Assembly (NCBI GenBank): GCA_001563335.1
Contig: LRSL01000113.1
Coordinates: 1 to 21,868 of the forward strand
Direction of reading: 5' to 3'
Source: Candidatus Thorarchaeota archaeon SMTZ1-45
GTDB lineage: Archaea; Asgardarchaeota; Thorarchaeia; Thorarchaeales; Thorarchaeaceae
Length of the DNA: 21,868 bases
Shown here: one piece after another, positions 16,244 through 21,868 of the stretch
Layout: the number at the start of each line of letters is the position of its first letter
Numbering within the stretch: position 1 is the first letter of the stretch
Notes under the pieces: generated by a model
The model's input: the letters and a program-made list of their open reading frames with translations, nothing else
Database searches by the model: none
What the model was told of the DNA's origin: nothing
Translations under genes and position numbers: made by a program

Positions 16244-17821
16244 TTGGGAGGAGAAAGGTTGAGAGAGAAGCAATTCAGAGTAGTCTTCCTATCTATCGCT
16301 TTGTGTGCATTACTCACAATACCTCAGATGGCGACAACAGGTAGGCAACAATCAACGAATGTCTTCAACTTGGGTCAAGACTCAGGCATACCGTATGAGG
16401 GAGCTGAAGTGGTTATTCAAGAGGGGAACTCCCGGACAAAATACAAATTCGTGGCAAGCTCATCATTCCAAGGAATTCCTGATTTCCGCATGGGAGCCTG
16501 TTTCTATAGTGTCTACACATGGCGCGATCTCCCATATCTGAACACGTGGATGCCAAACATCATTGAATTAGGCATATGGCGCTTCGATACATGTGTGGAC
16601 GAGAATGAACCACCAATTTATTGGGAATACAACAATGAACAAGAATTTCCTGAGGAATACGACCAATTTATCGATGGGTTGAATGAAAATGGATTGACCG
16701 TTAATTACATGCTGCACTTCTGGGACAAGACTGGCCATGCACTTGGGGAGGAACTGTCGACACCACGCTTCCAGTCTGAGGAGCAAATCCAAGATTTCTT
16801 GAACTACACACGCTTTGTGGTCAGTCACTTTGAAGGCCGTGTTCAATACTACACGATATGGAGTGAGCCAGATGCTTGTCCTGGAATCAAGTGCATTGAG
16901 GTGGAGGACTACATCAATCTCGTAAATCGAACTGTGCCAGTCATTCACGAGGAGGACCCTAAGGCAAAGGTGTCCATAGGCCCTAATGTTCTCTTCTTTG
17001 CGCAGGACTACCTCTCAGCTATCATTGAATCTGACATCATGACCATGGTAGACGTGATTCAATGGCATGGCATCTATAACGTGTTGCCTAACGATCAGTT
17101 TTATGGTGATTATTACTACCAATACCCTGCGATTGTTGAAGGAATCAGACAAACAGCTGCTGCCCATGGTTTCGACGGAGAGTGTTGGGCCACCGAAATT
17201 GGTTATAGTGCAGAGGAAAATGCTCCTGATCAGCCCTGGGGAGTAGTGGAAACCAGCAAACAAGCAGCCAAATATTCTTCACGCTCACTTGTCAAGCACC
17301 TAGGAATGGACATGGGCGTGGCTATGGGGAACTTACGATATGACAACCTTGAGATAGACCCTTGGTCGCAGCGTGCACTAGGCAACCTTTACAAAGTTTT
17401 GGCAGGGACTAACCCAGTCAGTCTTGCTGTTGAATTTGAGGATGAACCCACAAACGCCGTAACTAACTCATTTGCGTTGCCTGATGGCGACACGTTATTC
17501 GCACTATGGACTGATAGCGAAACAATTGAAAATGACCTAGGTGTAAGGACAACCCTTACATTTCCTGACCTGCCTGCTCAAAAAGTAACAGCGATTGATG
17601 TACTCAATGGCTTCGAGCAGGACCTCATCATCGGAGAAGTAAATGGGGATCTAGTCATCCGCAACATCTTCGTTATGGACTATCCAATCATCTTACTTTT
17701 CGATAGCGATGCTCCTTTTACTCTTGAACCAGATCTGAGTCCGTTTATGGTGGTGGGATTTGGTTCAGTGGGTGTTGTTACGATCTTGATTGTCATTCTT
17801 TTCATTAAAAAGAAAGAATGA
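16244..17821 (+). CDS. Secreted, C-terminally anchored clan GH-A glycoside hydrolase-like protein (GH5/GH39-like)
   Basis: Signal peptide, YYTIWSEPD (acid/base motif, cf. WNEPD), IQWHG, CWATEIG (nucleophile motif), C-terminal TM and KKKE. Confidence 0.75.
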   Translation: MGGERLREKQFRVVFLSIALCALLTIPQMATTGRQQSTNVFNLGQDSGIPYEGAEVVIQEGNSRTKYKFVASSSFQGIPDFRMGACFYSVYTWRDLPYLNTWMPNIIELGIWRFDTCVDENEPPIYWEYNNEQEFPEEYDQFIDGLNENGLTVNYMLHFWDKTGHALGEELSTPRFQSEEQIQDFLNYTRFVVSHFEGRVQYYTIWSEPDACPGIKCIEVEDYINLVNRTVPVIHEEDPKAKVSIGPNVLFFAQDYLSAIIESDIMTMVDVIQWHGIYNVLPNDQFYGDYYYQYPAIVEGIRQTAAAHGFDGECWATEIGYSAEENAPDQPWGVVETSKQAAKYSSRSLVKHLGMDMGVAMGNLRYDNLEIDPWSQRALGNLYKVLAGTNPVSLAVEFEDEPTNAVTNSFALPDGDTLFALWTDSETIENDLGVRTTLTFPDLPAQKVTAIDVLNGFEQDLIIGEVNGDLVIRNIFVMDYPIILLFDSDAPFTLEPDLSPFMVVGFGSVGVVTILIVILFIKKKE

Positions 17822-17883
17822 ATCATACTCGCACTAGTTCAGATTCAATGATGGATCGTAACTGCTAGATTAGCTGTACCGAG

Positions 17884-17990
17884 AAGATCGTCATGGCGCG
17901 TGAGATATTCGAATCTGAGTATCTGCCGTACAAGCAAGAAAAACAGATGTAGTTTCGAATTCAGTAGAGAGAGGTTCTTCCTCTCTCTAC
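17884..17990 (+). repeat. ACAD tail copy T7 plus hairpin
   Basis: KIVMAREIFESEYLPYKQEKQM* (stop at 17952); perfect 11-bp stem gtagagagagg-ttctt-cctctctctac (17964-17990). Confidence 0.95.
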
Positions 17991-18076
17991 GTTTCTTTTC
18001 AATACAATGGACAACGTGCAAATCTTATTAGAATCCACTTTGCATTCAAATCGGTTTAATACTGGAGGAAGTCTAA

Positions 18077-20264
18077 TTGAAGAGTAGGACTGCTACGATT
18101 CGCAACATCGTAGTAGTTGTCGCTGCGATCACTCTCATTTCAAGTTCCATTCCTTTTGATAGTTATTCAAATCCAACTGCGAGAAACGATATGATGAACA
18201 GTTCAGAGAAACCAATCAATGTCTACCTTGCGAATGTTCTACATGGACCCATCATCATAACCTCAAACAATGACTTCTCTGCACAGGGATTCCTAGGAAG
18301 TGGCTCTGAATCGAGTCCATATCTCATTGAGAACTACAGCATCAACACGACAGGCACCTGTATTTCTATATCGAACACTGATGCGCATTTCATAGTCCGG
18401 AAATGTCTACTCACGGGAGGGGATGATGGAGATGGGATACTCATGGACAATGTGATGAATGGGGAGATAAGTAACAACAGCATATCTCAAAAGGACAGAC
18501 CCCTACATCTTCTCCTTTCGTCTAATAATATGATAGTTAATAACACGATCTCAGAAAACCGCTTACAAGTGACCCTCCACTCCTCTACGAATAACGAGGT
18601 CCTTGAGAACAATATTTCTGACAACTCAGGAGGTCTCTACCTCTTATCGTCTCCAAACAACCTTGTCGCTAATAACAGCATCCTAGCAGGTTTTGGGACT
18701 GGTATAATTCTTGAAAACTCCCCTGAATCAACACTTACAAAAAACATCATCTCAAACAACCAAGGAGGAATTTACCTTCATAGCTCATCAAGAAGCATCA
18801 TTACAAATAATACATTATCAGAAAATATCGGATATGGAATCATTCTTGATGACTCATCGGAAGTCAGACTTTCATCAAACATCTTACTAAACAATGGATT
18901 TGGTATTCTGGGAAATAGCGTTGAGGAATGGAAGCACGATATTTCTACTGACAATCTTGTGAATGGAAAGCCCATTGGTTACTTCTGGGATTTGCATGGG
19001 GAACGCATAGACGAGAATCCATATTATCTGATGATCTTCGCAAACTGTACTAACATCACAGTAGAGAATATCGTCTTCGATAGAAGTAGCATTACCTTAG
19101 GATTTTCATCAAACTGCACACTGAATAATAACACCTCCTTAGAGAGTCAAGGATTTGGAATCTCCTTTTACTACTCCGTGGACAATAAAGTGACCAACAA
19201 TAGATGCAATAGTCTTTCTTTGAGGTATTCATCAAACAACGACTTGTTTTACAACACAATCTCCGGGACTAGTTATGTTGGCGTAAATCTCAGAGTATCC
19301 TCGTACAACAGAATTGAAGGAAACACTATTTCGGGATTTGAAGATGGTCTGTGGCTCTATGAGGAATCTACCCATAACCATGTGGTGAACAACACAATAT
19401 CTGAATCCCTTATGTATGGAGCAAATCTCCTTTACTGGTCCAATAATAATACGTTCTCAGACAACCATATCGACGGCGTGCATCTTCACGAAGCACATAG
19501 CAATGATTTCGTGAACAACACCTTTTCAGGTGGAGATATCGCGGGAGTAGACATGTTCGGTTCTTCAAATATCAAGATATTGAACAACAATATTTCTGGG
19601 AATAGTATCGGTATGTCACTCAAGTGGTGTCTTTCTAAATTCCGGAACACACGACAACCTACTGTGTCTCAATGTCTTTGGGAACAATGGAGATGCCGAT
19701 GCACGAGATAACGGTAATGGAAATCAGTGGAACAGCACAGGAATTGGCAACTATTGGTCAGACTATCCCGGAACTGGAGCCTACTACATTCCGGGAGATG
19801 CTGGCGCCATCGATTACCATCCCCACGGATACACTGACACAGAACCACCTATAATCAGCAATCCAGCAGATATTGAGTACATTGAGGGGACCTTGGGTAA
19901 TAGCATCACATGGAGTCTAACTGAAGATCATCCCTCTCACTATGTGATATATCGGAATGGTATTCTGGTTGATTCAGGAGATTGGGATAGTGATTTGATT
20001 AACACAAGCATCGATGGCCTGAATCCAGGAGCCTACTACTTCACAATTGTAGTCTTTGATATCTACAACAATTGGAGCAGTGATGAGGTCATTGTCACTG
20101 TGTTAGCAGCGGAACCTACTTCAATTCCAACAGTAACTACGACATCAACCATTCCCTCTGAGAATGATATTCCTCATCCTATTCTGGTTGTGATATTAAT
20201 CGCAGAAATTGGAGTCGTAATGATACTGCTGGTCTTACTCTCTAAACAACAACGTGGACTGTGA
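18077..20264 (+). pseudogene. Frameshifted NosD-like parallel beta-helix surface protein with Ig-like domain and TM anchor
   Basis: Frame 1 (from 18077) has Asn-rich beta-helix turns up to GNSIGMSL (~19620). A shifted frame continues SSGVFLNSGTHDNLLCLNVFGNN...GIGNYWSDY...DTEPPIISNPADIEYIEGTLGNSITW and runs straight into ORF 19893-20264. Confidence 0.85.
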
Positions 20265-20276
20265 AAAAGAGAATAG

Positions 20277-20379
20277 ATTGTCATGGCTCGTGAGATCTTC
20301 GGACCTGACTATCTGCTGTACAGGCAAGAGAAGCAGATGTAGTTTCAAACTTCAATCGAGAGAGGTTCGCCCCTCTCTC
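20277..20379 (+). repeat. ACAD tail copy T8 plus hairpin
   Basis: IVMAREIFGPDYLLYRQEKQM* (stop at 20342); gagagagg-ttcgcc-cctctctc (20358-20379). Confidence 0.95.
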
Positions 20380-20445
20380 CTCCACTCATTTTTCATTCAT
20401 TGATCCGCATAGGGTGTCCATCATTCGACCTGAGTCAAAGCTAGC

Positions 20446-21192
20446 TTAGAATAGAACAACCAATCGAATCGTACCCCATACTAAATGCCACCATATGTAG
20501 TAGATAATCCGAAACCAGTACATTGAGAGAAAGTCATACTTCTTGAGGATGGACAGCTGGACGTAGCTAAAAAGAAACAGACGTATACCCTCGATCGCTG
20601 AAATCCATATTGGATGTCCAGTACCACTGAAATCAAGCTGATATAGAGGCTCCAAGAGAGAGATGATGACAATGATAACGAGAAAGATTCGGTCGAAGTC
20701 CCTACCTTTGAATACTGAGGTGAGAAGGGCCAGTAAGAGAGTAAGAGGGAGGAGATGAAAGAGAATCTCCACAACAAAGCCCATTGTTGGATAGAAGAGA
20801 AGGGATTTCGGTAGGAGAACATTGGTGTCCTCAGGATAGGGAAAAACTAGATCTACCAAGATTGCACCAAGTGCGAATGGAACTGTCGGGAGTGAGATGA
20901 GGAGCAGGCTTTTCAGATTCTCTCGTTTGTAGATATCAACCCATTCCTGTGAGAGTAGAATGGACACCAACCCTAGTCCAAGGACGATGATGATTGAGAT
21001 CATGAACACAGGATTGATACTCCCGAAAAAGATTTCGAATCTAGGAGTTCCAATCAAATAGAGTGCTACCGTGAAGAAAAGTATAATGAGTGAAATCGTG
21101 ACAAAGACACCTATCTGCAATTTTTCGGTTGACAATAGTTCCTTCAGTGATGATAGTCTATGCATCCGCTCATCTATGGGATCCATTTTCAT
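20446..21192 (-). CDS. Hypothetical multi-pass membrane protein (weakly CPBP/CAAX-protease-like)
   Basis: About 7 TM segments; VVEILFHLLPL and YYIWWHLVWG motifs. Confidence 0.7.
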   Translation of the reverse strand: MKMDPIDERMHRLSSLKELLSTEKLQIGVFVTISLIILFFTVALYLIGTPRFEIFFGSINPVFMISIIIVLGLGLVSILLSQEWVDIYKRENLKSLLLISLPTVPFALGAILVDLVFPYPEDTNVLLPKSLLFYPTMGFVVEILFHLLPLTLLLALLTSVFKGRDFDRIFLVIIVIISLLEPLYQLDFSGTGHPIWISAIEGIRLFLFSYVQLSILKKYDFLSMYWFRIIYYIWWHLVWGTIRLVVLF

Positions 21193-21260
21193 GCATGATG
21201 AACAGCTTCACTCCCGCAAAAGTATTGTGCCGTGGTTCCATAAAGATGAGGTGCGTAATG

Positions 21261-21360
21261 GTCATGGCACGCGAGATCTTCGGTCCAGACTATCTGCTGT
21301 ACAGGCAAGAGAAACAGATGTAGTCTCATTTTGTATTTCGAGGGAGATTCATGCTCCCTC
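21261..21360 (+). repeat. ACAD tail copy T9 plus hairpin
   Basis: VMAREIFGPDYLLYRQEKQM* (stop at 21323); gagggag-attcatg-ctccctc (21340-21360). Confidence 0.95.
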
Positions 21361-21402
21361 ATTCTTCATTTTGGATTGTAGGTGTATAGTAGTAGCGAAC
21401 TC

Positions 21403-21868
21403 TCACTGGTCCGCTGAGTCAGGTTCAAGAAACTCGTCGATATCGATGTGCTCGAGGGGCCTTCTATTACGGAACCTAGAAGCTAATCTATACCCTATTG
21501 GCACAATGATTTCATCGTAGCCACCTCTTCTCTTACTGAACCACGAAGCTATGCTATAACTTGTTGGCACAATGATAGAATCCTTGACACCTCTAGCCGA
21601 AACCTTCCGCCATCCTGTACCTAGCAATGTGATTCCTCCGAATCCGATCAGGAGGAGAACTAAATAAACAGACTCCTTGGATAGAGTAGTTATATTGTTC
21701 TCCACGGTGTTGGAATCTGAGTCAACGAGGTAGATGTCATGTTCAGTGTTGTTCAGGCAGGTGTTGTGTGTCACGGTGTTGTTATCTGAGCGATAGAGGT
21801 AGATGCCAATCCTGTTGTAGTTACAGATGTTGTTGGACACAGTGTTTCGATGTGAGTCAGCGAGGTAG
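21403..21868 (-). CDS. C-terminal part of a NosD-like beta-helix membrane-anchored protein (starts beyond the right edge)
   Basis: Frame is open to the window edge (YLADSHRNTVSNNICNYNRIGIYL...), followed by a TM helix and a cytoplasmic tail with a 22-aa duplication. Confidence 0.8.
   Translation of the reverse strand, partial: YLADSHRNTVSNNICNYNRIGIYLYRSDNNTVTHNTCLNNTEHDIYLVDSDSNTVENNITTLSKESVYLVLLLIGFGGITLLGTGWRKVSARGVKDSIIVPTSYSIASWFSKRRGGYDEIIVPIGYRLASRFRNRRPLEHIDIDEFLEPDSADQ

Noticed and set aside
19893-20264. Independent 123-aa gene
   Set aside because: Its frame is open upstream to ~19620 and continues the 18077 protein, so it is treated as part of one frameshifted gene.
9962-21323. 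Diversity-generating retroelement template/variable repeats
   Set aside because: Differences are not adenine-specific but concentrate at synonymous positions, and there is no reverse transcriptase in the window.
9962-21360. Repeats interpreted as a CRISPR array
   Set aside because: Spacing is irregular (75 bp to 2.3 kb), the intervals contain whole genes, the repeats are coding-derived and variable, and no cas genes are present.
2877-21360. Classical integron with attC sites, IS elements or a prophage
   Set aside because: No integron integrase, transposase or phage genes are visible. The repeats lack the RYYYAAC...GTTRRRY attC layout and have no terminal inverted repeats.
21071-21520. ORFs 21071-21520 and 21129-21323 (+)
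   Set aside because: They overlap real minus-strand genes and span tail copy T9, with no protein-like signal beyond the tail itself.

Overview
Archaeal accessory region. The lineage is probably Asgard/Thorarchaeota, inferred from the NosD-like beta-helix surface proteins, an archaemetzincin and BRE/TATA promoters. It is organised around one housekeeping gene, an acyl-CoA dehydrogenase (ACAD, 8786-10030, +). Downstream of ACAD, nine dispersed direct copies of its last ~45-70 coding bases recur (consensus peptide MAREIFGPDYLPYRQEKQM*), eight of them followed by a terminator-like hairpin. These copies separate cargo blocks of one or two unrelated genes. Upstream, at least five direct copies of the ACAD BRE/TATA promoter (core GGAACTATAAGCAGGGYACT) recur, and the four intervals nearest ACAD each hold exactly one cargo gene. 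The tail copies differ mostly at synonymous positions, and ACAD itself is a codon-usage mosaic. No integrase, transposase or CRISPR is visible. The best reading is a two-sided, integron-like gene-capture array anchored on a core metabolic gene, in which each insertion leaves behind the displaced promoter or gene tail. The mechanism is inference.
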